Shown here one piece after another: positions 38,401-50,473 of a stretch of DNA of 64,000 nt. The notes beneath the pieces were generated by a model that saw nothing but the letters and a program-made list of their open reading frames with translations, ran no database searches and was not told where the DNA came from. Every line of letters starts with the position of its first letter. Within the stretch, counting starts at the first letter, position 1. Made by a program: the position numbers and the translations under genes. Where the stretch lies: NCBI RefSeq assembly GCF_018977255.1, contig NW_024704742.1, positions 56,360,001 through 56,424,000 of the forward strand, in the 5' to 3' direction. Origin of the DNA: Callorhinchus milii (Eukaryota).

Positions 38401-40603
38401 TGGTAGGGCATCCTGCATCCCAAACACTCTTTGAGAGAAACAATTCCTCTTAAGCCTCTAATTCAACAAAACCGAAGATCCCTTTCCAATGCCCCTTTTT
38501 AAGCTATACAACGCTTGATTGTGTGAAGGGGGTATATTAAATACTCTACTAGGTTACCACAGTGGTTTTAGACCAAGCTCAATCATCATCTGTTTGTTCT
38601 AATCTTATAAATTCAAGAAATACAACAACAATAACTTGCACTTATATACCCTTCATGCAGGGTAGTATCTCAGAGCGCTTAAATTAATCTAATTTGAGTC
38701 TCCTAGCTCTTGAATGCTTATCCCTTGACTGCCTGGACAGTACATTTGGCCTAATTTTATATTAAACATCATTAAAATATGGATAAATCTGCAGAATGTC
38801 GATAAAATCCATTACCTATTTCTGTTCATATCTATGTGGAGGGATTCAGTTACTAACAAAGAAAACACAATCATTTTCATGACAACCAACAACAAGTTGA
38901 ATTTATACAGTACTCTTCATTTAGGATAACATTTCAGAGCAATATCTTTTTCTTTATATATTTATCCAGTAATAAAGACACCACACACTTGGGGACAAGC
39001 ATGCCTCCTGGTAGGACCCTGTGTGTCTGGTGCAAGAAGATAAAATTTTAACCGTGTAGGACATTCTAGTCCATTTTATAGAGCTTTAAATTATGGGGAT
39101 TTCAGTTGCAGAGTGTAGGAATGGCTATGTCCAGGCAGGCGGGGTTGGCAGGTTATGGATGGATGGACAGATGGATGGACAGACTACTTCTACTTGTAAA
39201 TTGACATGTTATTTTGTCTTTCACTTCACAAAAGCTGGAAATCTATAATAATACTGTTGTAATATCTGCAACCTAGCAACCTTCCAAATTCTAAGGAGTT
39301 TAATCCTAAAGTACAACTTGGCTTAGTATAGCTTTGCATATATTTACTGGATTGTGAAAGCTCTTCATTACCAAATAATGAATCAAGCATTCAGAAATAG
39401 CGTATCGCTTTCCAAAACTGCAGACACTTGTTTGCTCTTAAAGTATGATGTTGATGTCATCTTCAGAGAAACGTGGCTTTCTAGTTTATACAGCTGCCAT
39501 TGTAAAAACCAGGATCAGATGTCGGCCTGGCTCAGTTGCTATCACTCTTGCCTCTGAGTCAGAAAGTCATGTTCAAGGGTTAGAATTGGAACTCGTCAAT
39601 TTATTTGCAAGCTTTTGGTTTGTTCATCTGTCAGTTACAGTATTTACATTTCAGAGCCATAACTATCACCTAGATTAGCCTCTAGGAATATCTTAATACT
39701 ATTGTATTATCTTCATACTGCCTTCAATCCCTTCACGTTCCAATATTTCTGAGCTTAACTCTCATTTGGCTGCAGTATTATTTTTCAGGTAAATTATCTA
39801 ACCACTGTTACTTTCTTCTTCGAGGGAAGGCTGTGTCAGGAAATAGACACAATTTGCTGTTAAGCTGTTAGGCAAGCGAATAACAAACACTTTAAGAGCA
39901 GAATGTTCTTGTGATTTAGTTGGTGATTTGACAATCCACATCATGCAATAATACATAACTAGGAATGCTCTGCATTAGGCAGAGAGTTATCAACATTCAA
40001 TGGCATAAACAAAAAAGGAAATTAGTCTACATTCATGAACTGATTATTTCCTTATTTGCTCTTTGTTTACTGCAGCTGTTTTACATACGTTTTATTGGTG
40101 CTGGTATTGCTTACTTTTTCATTTCTTATTCAACCATTCAAGACACGTTTATCTTATTATTTGAATACAAGTTCCAACTTTGGTACATGGAATGCACTTT
40201 ATGTGAACTTGTTTGAGGAGGGAGTTATAATATTCCACTGTAATCTAAACTTAAAGCCCAGTTAGGAAACATTCCATATCTATCTGAGATAACCCTTTCA
40301 CAAACCTTTTCACATATTTCCAGTTATATACTTTACTGCAATACAGTATTGTACTGCAGTACAGTATATGCTTGTGATATTAGGTGGTAGATAGGCTCCT
40401 CTGGTAGTGCACCTGCATGGCTGCTTTTGAGATGTTGCTGTGTACAAATTGCCTGCTTCACTCAGAAAATACTCAATCACTATATCTCAACGGCTGGAAT
40501 TGACTGATGTGAAAGATGTACATTATTTAGAATCAGCATTCAACTGAATAGAAAACATGCTGTTTTCATGAGCAGCTCACTTTGGTTCAGTTCTCTACCT
40601 CTT

Positions 40604-42365
40604 CAACAACAACAACAACAAAATTACATTTATAGAGGCCTTTCACGTTAGGAGGATGTCCCAAAGTGCTGAACAGTCAGGGGTCGAGGCAAAGGGAAGT
40701 GAGGCAAAGGGACTGTGGGATGGTGTTCCAGAATGTGGGGGTAGAGAGGCTGAAAGCTCGGCCACCGATGGTAGGGCAGCTTGGCCGGGAGACATAGAGT
40801 AGGCCAGAGCCCGCTGAACAGAGGAAGCGGGCAGGTTGGTAGGGAGTCAGCAGGTCAGTGAGGTAGGAGGGGGCATGGCCATGGATGGCCTTGAAAGTGA
40901 GGACGAGGATTTTGAATTCAATCCTCCGAGGGATTGAGAGCCAGTGGAGTCGGGCGAGGGTGGGAGTGATGGGGTCACGGAGCCTGGTGCGCAAGAGTAC
41001 ATGAGCTGCAGAGTTTGGGATGATCTGCAGTTCGTAAAGGGATGAGTTGGGAAGATTGATGAGGAGGGAATTTCCATAATCGAGCCTTGAAGTGACGAAT
41101 GCGTGGGTGAGGGTTTCAGCAGCCTGAGGGGTGAGGCAGTTCAGGGTCAAACAAGACACCCAGGTTCCTGACTGGCTTCGTGAGGTTGAATGTCCAGCCG
41201 TGGATCCTGATGCTGCCAGCGCCCAAGGTGGGGAGGCACTGGTGCGAGCCAATTAGGAGGGCCTCGGTCTTGCTGACGTTCAGATGGAGAAAGTTGTCCC
41301 ATGTACAGGACTTGATGCTGGACAGGCAGTCGGTCAGAATGCCAATAGTCCTGGAGTTGAGGGTGGAGGCAGAGAGGTAGAGTTGGGTGTCATTAGCAAG
41401 CATGTGGAAATTTACCCCATGTCGGCAGATAATATCACCAAGGGGGAGTATGTAAGGGGAGGTGAAGAGGAGGGGACCGAGGACAGAGCCCCAAGGAACG
41501 CGGCACGAGATGGTGCAGGGGCTCGAGGAGAAGCCGTTAGCTGAGACAAAATGGAGGCGGTGTGAAAGATAGGACCTGAAGCAGTCAAGGACAGAACCTT
41601 AGAGGTTGAGGTGGGAGGAGAGGCGGTGGAGGAGGATTGAGTGGTTCACAGTTTCAAAAGCGGCAGAGAGGGCGAGGAGGACGAGGAGGCAGAGGGAGCC
41701 CTGGTCACACATGGTCAGGATGTCATTTGTGACCTTGACCAGAGCAGTTTCCGTCCTGTGGGCAACACGGAAACCCGATTGGAGGGGCTCATAGAGGGAG
41801 TGGGAGGCTGGGAAAGAGTGAAGCTGGGAGGCGACGGCTCTCTCAAGGACCTTAGACAGAAAAGGGAGGTTGGAGATGGGCCAGTAGCTGGATAGCTGTG
41901 TTGGGTCAAGGGAAGGTTTCTTCAAGGTGGGAGTGATAGTGGCTGTTTTGAGGGGTATAGGAACAGTGCCAGATGACAGGGGGAGGTTGATGATGTTGGC
42001 GAGTAGTGGGTCAAGGAGGTGGAGATGGAATTTAAGGAGAAGGGTGGGGATGAGGTCCAGGGAGCAGGTGATGGGCTTCATGGAGGATATGGTAGTGATG
42101 ATAGAGGAAGGGGTGACAGATTCAAAGGTGTGGAAGGAGGGATGGTAGTGGTCAGAGTGTGGGGTTGGGGTAGGGAGAGGGTGGAAGTTGGGAGGGCAGT
42201 GGCAGCTGAGCAGATTCCCTTGATTTTGGACTCGAGGAAGTCCAGCATTTCCTCGCAGTGGGAGTCGGAGGAAAGAATCTTCGAGGCAAGACAGGGAGAG
42301 TGGAGGAACTGGCTGGTGGTTGAGAACAGAAGCCTGGGGTTGCCCTTCGCCTCCAGGATTAACCA
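40604..42365 (-). mobile_element. 5'-truncated L2 with internal deletions
   Basis: ORFs 41599..42429, 41116..41403 and 40677..41252 carry L2 RT motifs; (AAC)n tail complement at 40604; closely related to 20592-21622. Confidence 0.95.
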
Positions 42366-42386
42366 ATCCATATTGAACAATTAATC

Positions 42387-42842
42387 GCCCCATCCCCCAG
42401 AGGATCGAATTCAAGATCCTCATCCTCACCTACAAGGCCATTCACGGCCTCGCTCCCTCCTACCTCTCCGACCTACTATACCCCTATTTACCTGCCCATA
42501 CCCTCCGTTCCTCTGGCTCCGGTCTGCTCCACATCCCCCGTCCCAACCGCCCTACCATCGGTGGCCGGGCCTTCAGCCTTTCAGCCCCTAGGCTCTGGAA
42601 CTCTATCCCCCAGTGCCTTCGCCGCCTCCTCCCTTTCCTCCTTCAAGGCCGGTCTCAAGACCTTTCTCTTCGACCGTGTCTTCAACTCCCTTCTCGACTC
42701 TACTCCCTCCTCGCTCCCTCCCTTCCCTCCCCTCACCCTGACTATTTCCCCCCTGTTTGGGTCCCGAACCAACTGTCCAGCGCCTTGGGACGTCCTCCCG
42801 ACGTGAAAGGTGCTCTATAAATGGAATCTTGTTGTTGTTGTT
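42387..42842 (+). mobile_element. Young L2 3' fragment, subfamily B
   Basis: Close to 59797-60304 but with a 2-nt deletion and a single 3'UTR unit. Confidence 0.95.
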
Positions 42843-42982
42843 TGAAACCCAAAAAAAAGGAAGTTATATTTCCTATTTGTGTATTTAAATTCAAGAGTTT
42901 GTTCATAACCGTGGATTTATTGCCACACTTATGTTTGCATGACACCCTTCTCGGGTCCAGATGCGGCAAGATGTTTCTGTTC

Positions 42983-43436
42983 TTGTCCCGCACTAGGCTC
43001 CGCGACCCTATCACTCCCATGCTCGCCCGACTCCACTGGCTCCCCATCACTCAGAGGATTCAGTTGAACGTCTTGTTCTTCACGTTCAAAGCACTCCCTG
43101 GACTTGCTCCTACCTACCTTTGTGACCTCCTAAACCTCTACCAACCCATCGGCTCCCCCCTTTCTGCTTTATGTCCCCCAACTTAGGCGGGCCTTTAGCT
43201 TCTCTGCCCCCACACTCTGGAACTCCATCCCACAGTCCCTCCACCTCGCCTCCTCCCTTGCCTCCTTCAAGACCCATCTCAAGACCCTCCTCTTCACCCT
43301 CCTACGCCTACCCTCCCCGCCTCCACCCCTCCTGATCCCAACCACCAGCTCAGGTGCGGATCCCTAACTGTCCAATGTCTTGGGTCATCCTCCTGATGTG
43401 AATGGCGCTATACAAATATAATTTGTTGTTGTTGTT
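42983..43436 (+). mobile_element. L2 3' fragment with tail
   Basis: [26 protein letters not shown]; (GTT)n tail. Confidence 0.9.
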
Positions 43437-43846
43437 ATAAACGCACACTATTTATTACCCTCTAACAAGCTACCCCCAATAAATTTTAAATCCTACAATT
43501 TTCATAAGGGAAGTTGCATTATTAAATTATTTTCAAACCTTCTTCAGCCAACTTCCAGATGCGGACTGGAATATTTTGTACTATTCATTGTGGTAAGAAT
43601 GCAGATCATCAGAATATATTTTAGTATAGTGGCAAAAGAATCTCCGGTGAGAGCGGTGGTGGAAGTTTGTTAGAGGAAGAAGACCCTTTAATGTCTAGTA
43701 ATGATAGTGTGCAAAACAAGAAGTGACCTCCCTGGATAACACCTTGGAGAGTACATATTTTATCAAACACAGCAGAAAAATTTGTACCTTCTTTTATCCT
43801 GTAAAGCTCTTTGAAGTGTTTCAACCATCTCCTTCCCTAGGGAAAT

Positions 43847-43997
43847 AAAATGCAAAATACGACAGATGCATATTTTCAAAAAGAACTGAAATATAAGTTC
43901 TGACAAAGGATCGTGGACCCGGAACGTTAACTCACTTTTCTTTCACCATAGATGCTGCCTGACCTGCTGAGTTTTCCCAGTGACTTCTGTTTTTGTT
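43847..43997 (+). mobile_element. Penelope-type repeat with degenerate minimal hammerhead ribozyme (43896-43932)
   Basis: AGTT-CTGACAA-aGGATC gtg GACCC-GGAAC-GTT-AACT followed by GATGCTGCCTGACCTGCTGAG. Confidence 0.6.
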
Positions 43998-44076
43998 CCT
44001 TCCCTCGGGAGACAGTAAATGCAGGAAGTGTTGATTCTTTCAAACACAGGTTAGAAAGTTTTGTTTTGGGAAATAT

Positions 44077-44394
44077 AATAACAATAACAATAATCCTTGT
44101 ATTTGATATAGCGCTTTTCACGTCTTCTAGACGTCTCAAAGAGCTTCACAGAATATGCTGTAAAGTGAATTGACTATATTTGTGGGCGAAACATAGCAGC
44201 CAATTGCGCACAGCAGTGTCCCACAAACAGTTGTGGATTCAAGTGACCAATTTATTATTGTTTTTTTTTCTTGAGGGATTATTGTTAGGCGTGTGGAGTA
44301 AGGAAACTTGCCCAAAGTTTTGCTCTGCTGGGAATCAAACCTAGGTCTCTCGCTTGAGAGACAAGTGCTCTAACCACTGAGCTACAGGACTCCA
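44077..44394 (-). mobile_element. SINE family A, short form, full length, inserted in a CR1 3' remnant (about 44005-44519)
   Basis: A/B boxes, Deu-like half, hairpin and tail; AAATAT present at both junctions. Confidence 0.9.
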
Positions 44395-44970
44395 AATATC
44401 ATTATGGGATACAGTACATAGGTTATTCGGAATATATGTGCATGCAACCGCCAGGAAGGTTGAAGGCGAACTAGATGAACCTTGGTTTTTTATCGTCTAG
44501 CATTTCTTATGTTCTTATGATAACTTGATAAGGCGTACATAGAATGTGAGGATTATTAAATTATACAAATTTTGTTTTTTAAGATCCATATTGAACAGTT
44601 TTTTTGATATTACGCAGCAGGAGACACAGCATTTCAACATGTATTAGTATTCATAGTTTTATTTCACTCTGAAGCAATTATTATATTTGTGAAAGGATTC
44701 TGTAGCTGGAAACAGTTTCTAAAACTGGTTGATCCAGCTTTAATTCCACTTTACACAACAAATAGTCAGCACAGCTAGTCATTAAACAGTATATATAATC
44801 ATTAAATATTAGCTTACCACTCACTTCATTTGAAAGTGTATACATTTGTCTGACTCCCTGGGCATTCCTCCAAGGCATTATCCAAGGAGCTCACTTTTTG
44901 TTTTGCACACACTCATCACCAGAATGAAGTTAACTCATTGTCTGTGGCTGATGTCCAAGAGGGAGCATGT

Positions 44971-45132
44971 ACAACAACAACAACAACACCAAGATTCCAT
45001 TTATAGAGCGCATTTCACGTCAGGAGGACGTCCCAAGGCGCTGTACAGTTGGGTCAGGACCTGAGCAGGGGGGAAATGATCAGGGTGAAGGGAGGGAAGG
45101 GAGGGAGCGAGAAGAGGGTAGAGAGTCGAGAG
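44971..45132 (-). mobile_element. Young L2 extreme 3' end
   Basis: Complement of CTCGACTCT..CCCTCCCTTCCCTCCC..hairpin..(GTT)n. Confidence 0.9.
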
Positions 45133-45573
45133 ATGATGATGATGAAATGAGGGGATGTAGATGATGAAATGAGGGGATCGAGGATATATTCCTGAAGGCA
45201 GAAGAGATGAAGTGGAGGTTGTCGGGTCAGATAGGACTGAAACCAAGAGGGAGCAGTCATGTGGAGGTGAATGAGAAAAGAGACGATCAAGGAGGATGGA
45301 ATGGTCATCAGTGTTGAAAGCAGCAGAGACAAGAGAAAAGAGGACAAGGAGGCAGAATGAGCCCTGGATGCAGAAAGTACATCATTGATTTATTTGATGA
45401 AAAGCAAGAATCAAATGCAAGGATTACTTTTCTCAGACTTCTAGCTGAAAAAGAAAAGCTACCAGTCTAGCCTAACTCAGCCACTATCTCTCCCCTCAGG
45501 TTGCTGAATCCTACATCCACCCATTCATTATGTCCAGGCTCGACTAGGCTAACTTTCATAGATTAATTGAAAA

Positions 45574-45911
45574 CAATAATAATCCTTGCATTTGATAGAA
45601 CACCTTATCACATCTTTGAGACGTCTCAAAGCACTTCACAGAATATACTATAAAGTGAATTGACTGTATATTTTGCGTGCAAAATGCAGCAGTGTTCCAC
45701 AAACAATCGTGGATTGAGCGACCAAATTATTATTATTTATGTATTTATTCATTAAAGGAATTATTACCTCTGGAAAAGCGATCCGCCAATCGACCAACAA
45801 CTGAATTGCCACTTACTGCTAGGTAAACAGAGGCGTGTGGAGTAAAGAAACTTGCTGAGCGTTTCGCCCTGCTTGCGAGGCAAGTGCTCTAACTAATATG
45901 CTACAGGACTG
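45574..45911 (-). mobile_element. SINE family A, long form, deletion in head
   Basis: Colinear with 6284-6638. Confidence 0.85.
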
Positions 45912-46148
45912 TAGATTTGTAGGCAAATGTGGCAGCTGATTTGTGCACAGCAATATCCCTCAAACAGCTATCAATTGAATGATCAATTTTTATCTGGAGG
46001 ATTATTGGTCAGAATTCAGGGTTTTTTACATTGACTTACAGTATTTTTCTTTCATAGTCATATACATACAGGAACATGGGAATAGGGGGTTGCCATCAAA
46101 CCTGTTCAGCCTTTTCTGTTATTCTGCTTGTATGTGGTGTGTGTCATT

Positions 46149-46170
46149 GAGAGAGAGAGAGAGAGAGAGA
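46149..46170. repeat. (GA)n microsatellite
   Basis: Direct reading. Confidence 0.95.
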
Positions 46171-46734
46171 ACAATGTGAAGGGACAGAAAGGTTTCCTGT
46201 TGAGGAAGAGTGCTGGTTTAAACAACTTATATGTCCATATGGAAAAACTTCACAGCTATTTTTTGTCTTTGGAATTGGGGTTTGAGGAGTCTCTTTGGAA
46301 TTTTCCATGAGAAAATAGAATTGGTGGAGTAAAAGTCCATAATAGTATAGACTTTGCAAGGCATGTAGAATAAGCAAGCCTGGTGAGCTTATTGACCTCT
46401 TGTTTCATGTTGTTGTACATTCTGACAGTGAAGGATTCCATCATAAATGTTTCTTGAGCAAGTTGAAGTCGCATTGTCTGTGACTCAAAACAAGATTTTT
46501 TCAAAGCTTTTTGTCTGTATGATAACTTCCCCCATTCTGTTCAGCACTGTTAAAAGTTTCCCATCTTTTTTGGTAGTTTCCTGACTATTTTTTAATTAAA
46601 TTTACACTTCACTGTGGCTACAGACAAGTACCTACACTTACCCCAATCCTTTATCGTTATTTACTACTTTATTTAGATGTCTTCTGTGTTATGCCTAGAG
46701 TTCAACTAGTAGTTCCTTCTCTCACCAGCAAAGA

Positions 46735-46950
46735 AAGAAGCTGTTTCCACTGGTTGGGGAGTCCATGACCAGGGGACACAAATTAGATAGAGACCAGGGG
46801 GTATAAAGGAGAATTTAGAAGCAATTATTTCACACAGAAGGTAGTGAGATTGTAGAACTCATTGCGTGAAGCGCTGGTTGACTCAGATAGTGTAAATGCA
46901 CTTAAGAGGAAGCTAGAAACTTCACATGAGGGAGAGGGGAATAGAAGAGT
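46735..46950 (+). mobile_element. CR1 ORF2 C-terminal remnant
   Basis: LFPLVGESMTRGH and RSNYFTQKVVRL-NSL pattern. Confidence 0.7.
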
Positions 46951-47182
46951 GTTAGATTATAGAAGTTGTAGTCTAATAATAATGAACATTAAACAAATGT
47001 AGAATGTTAAACAATTGTTTTCTTTGTTATAGTAGCAATCAATGATTATAAATAGACCAATGACTCACTACCGCAAGACGTGATAATGGGGTTATAACCA
47101 GGTTATCAGAGCATTAAGTATTGATAATTTACCTATCCCTGCGAGAGCCACAGGTAGCTCTGATCATCAGATCATTGTTCTT

Positions 47183-48800
47183 GACAGCTGTTTTTAAAGG
47201 GGTGAAAATGGTGCCAGTGGACAGGAAAAGGTTTATGATGTTTGTGAATAGGGGGGCAAGGAGGTGGAGCTGGGAGGTAAGGAAAGGGGTAGGAATGGGG
47301 TTAAGAGACCAGGTGGTCAGTTTTATGTGGGTTATAATGATGATGAAAGAGGAGGGGGAGACAGGTTCGAAGGTGTGGAGGGAGGGATGGGTAGAGGCCG
47401 GGGTCGGAGGAGGAGATGGGGAGGGTGTTAGTGGTCGCAAGGGCAGAGGCAGCTGAGTGGATCCCCTTGATTTTGGTTTTGAGGAAGTCCAGCATCTCTG
47501 GATGAGAGCTAGCTTTCTACAGTTGAACGTCAACAAGACCGAGGGTTTCCTGATTGGCTGCCATCAGCTCCTCCACACCTCAGGCACTGACAGCATCACC
47601 ATCAAGAATGCACATTCCACCTTACTAAGCCAGTCCAGAACCTTGGCATCTTGTTTGACCTTCAACTATCCTTTCTACCTCACATCCATGCCGTGCTCCA
47701 CTCTGCCTTCCCCCAGCTCCACAACATTGCTCGACTCCGCCACTGTCTCACACCACAGTCTGCCAAGATCATCATACACACATTCATAAAATCCAGGCTC
47801 GACTACTCAAACTCCCTGCTTGTTAGCCTCCCCAACTCCTCCCTCCATAGGCTGCAGATCATCCAGAACTCTGCAGCCTGTGTGCTCTCCTGCACCAGGA
47901 TTTGTGACCCCATCACCCCCATCCTTGCTCGACTCCACCAGCTTCCCATCACACAGAGGATACAGTTCAAAATCCTGGTCCTCACTTTTAAAGCCCTCCG
48001 TGGCCTTGCTCCCATCTACCTCTGTGACCTTCTAACCACCTACCAACCTGCTAGTTCCCTCTAATTAGTGGTCTCCGGCCTAGTTCATCTCCCCCGCATT
48101 GCTCGCTCCACTATTGGAAGGTGGGCCTTCTGCCACTCTGCCGCCATCCTCTGGAACTCCATCCCACAATCCCTTGGCTCGCCCCATCCCTTGCCTCACC
48201 TACAAGGCCATTCACGGCCTTGCTCCCTCCTACCTCTCCAACCTACTATCCCCCTACCTACCTGCCCGTACCCTCCGTTCCTCTGGCTCCGGTCTGCTCC
48301 ACGTCCCCCGCCCCAACCGCCCTACCATCGGTGGTCGGGCCTTCAGCCTCTCAGCCCCCAGGCTCTGGAACTCCATCCCCAGTGCCTTCGCCGCCTCCTC
48401 CCTTTCCTCCTTCAAGGCCGGTCTCAAGACCTTTCTCTTTGACCGTGCCTTCAGCTCCCCTCTCGACTCTCTTCCCCCTCCTCGCTCCCTCCCTTCCCTC
48501 CCCTCACCCTGACCATTTCCCCCCTGCTCGGGTCATGACCCAACTGTGCAGCGCCTTGGGACGTCCTCCTGACGTGAAAGGCGCTTTATAAATGGAATCT
48601 TGTTGTTGTTGTTGTTGTTGTAAGACCCATCTCAAGAGCCTCCTCTTCGACCATGCCTTTGGTACCCTCCATCCTCACCTGCCATCCACCCTTTCCGATC
48701 CCGACCCACAGCTCAGTCTCGAAACATTGATTGTCCAGCACCTTGGGACATCCTCCCAATGTGAAAGGCGCTGTACAAATGTAATTTTGTTGTTGTTGTT
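47183..48800 (+). mobile_element. L2 with antisense 5' block (47183-47498) and sense 3' block (47498-48800)
   Basis: Minus: EMLDFLKTKI..PLKTAV; plus: WMRASFLQLNV..SRLDYSNSLL..tail. Confidence 0.85.
48194..48621 (+). mobile_element. Young L2 3' fragment, subfamily B, nested in older L2
   Basis: [18 protein letters not shown].. near-identical to 59832 onward; (GTT)n tail followed by resumption of the host L2 (AAGACCCATCTCAAG). Confidence 0.95.
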
Positions 48801-49639
48801 CACCCATGGAACTTATCGATAGGGACATTGCCACAAGTAATATTTATCAGCAGTAATTATTAACACATCACATAAAGCACGTGTAATTCATTGCAGCCAC
48901 TGGTATACCTTCTGATTGGAACTAATTACGAAACCAGACCCTTATCCAATCTGCCATTTTGAATCCATCTGCAGAAAAGAGTGATGTTCCATGAATTCAA
49001 GATACTTACCGATCCTGACAATCTGTCCTGCTCTCTCCCCTTCACCTGCCACAGCAATTTCAGCGTGCAGCATGTTCCGTGATAAGTAGTTCACAAGATG
49101 CTGACTTAAGCTAACAATATAAGACTTTACAAAAATGGTCTGTTTAACCTGTGATTCTCAAATCTTGATACACTAAGCAGTGAGAGAGTTTAGGAAAGCT
49201 GACTGTCAGATTCCAGAATAGTCGAGGCAATGTTTCAGTGTTTTGTTCAGTAGAACCTGAAGGAAGCGTGTAGTGTGTGTTATTCCAAACACTGAAAATT
49301 TAAATGATTGCTTAAGAAAACAAAAATCTGGCAATATTGTAAACATCTATTGTATCCGCCACAAAAGCTGCTTTGACTGAGAGCTAATAGTTTAGTGGTT
49401 TGCATGATGTGTATGGATTCCAAGCGATAGATCAAAGATTTTTTTAGTTTTAGTTCTTGCATTTGCATCAATGTGCACCTGTGGACACAACGACAACAAA
49501 TGCTATCTTAGTGAAGTCAGGAATTTTCAACAGACTATAACTAATTGCCCATCTTGTCTGATCTCCAACTCCTTTTCTCTGAAATAATTTGAAAGGTCCG
49601 CCTATACAAAAGGCATTATAAAAGTGAGCTCATTATTTC

Positions 49640-50090
49640 GGTGCAGCACTGCATAGTTGGAGTGGCTGTCCTTTGGATGAGAACTTAAAGTGAGTTCCCA
49701 TCTTCCTATTCAGTTGGCTGATAAAGATCCGATGGCACTATTTGAAAGAAGAAAGGAATATCTCCTGAAAAGTTGGTGGAAGTCTATTTGATAACAGCTT
49801 TTTAGAGAAAAGTAGATAATTATTTGGGGAGGACAAGTTTGCTGGGCTATGGGGAGAGCGCGGGGGAGTGGGATTGAATTGGATAGCTCTTTTCAAAGAG
49901 CCGGCACAGACATCATGGGCCAAATGGCCTCCTTCTGTCCTTTTGTGCTGTATGATTCTATGATTCTATAATAATCTCCTGATATCCTGGCCAACGAGTC
50001 CTCAAATGAAAATAAATTGTAATATCCCTTCATAGTTATCTGTAGGACATTGTTGTGTGCAAATTGGTTGCTGTGTTTGCCTACAAATAG
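49640..50090 (+). mobile_element. Deu-domain SINE family B split by a CR1 3' end (about 49780-49968)
   Basis: AAAGATCCGATGGCACTATTTGAAAGAAG before; GGGCCAAATGGCCTCCTTCTGT..(ATTCTATG)2 CR1 terminus; CCTGGCCAAC Deu continuation after. Confidence 0.75.
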
Positions 50091-50167
50091 CTCCAATGTG
50101 GGAGCTGTCACATGCCCATACATAATGAGCCAAGTGATCTTCTTCTGTGTGGTGAACTTTGTATATT

Positions 50168-50473
50168 TGAAGTCCTGTAGCTCAATGGTTAGAGGACTTG
50201 CCTTGCTGGGTTCAATTCCAGACAGGGCAAAACCTTGGGCAAGTTTCCTTACTCCACACACCTAATAATAATCCCTCCAAAAAACAAAACAATAATAAAT
50301 TGGTCATTTTCAATCCACGACTGTTTGTGCGACACTACTGTGTGCAATTGGTGCATTGTTTCGCACACAAATATACGGTCAATTTATTTTACAGCATACT
50401 ATTGAAGCCCTTTGAGACGTCTAGAAGATGTGAAAAGCGCTATATCAAATGCAAGGATTACTATTATTATTAT
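50168..50473 (+). mobile_element. SINE family A, short form
   Basis: GTCCTGTAGCTCAATGG, GGTTCAATTCC, TTGGGCAAGTTTCCTTACTCCACAC, hairpin, (ATT)n. Confidence 0.9.

Noticed and set aside
39770..39800. Recursive-splice-like pyrimidine-CAG|GT sites (also near 7310-7332 and 32490-32505)
   Set aside because: Weak donors, expected by chance in 64 kb; host gene and strand unknown
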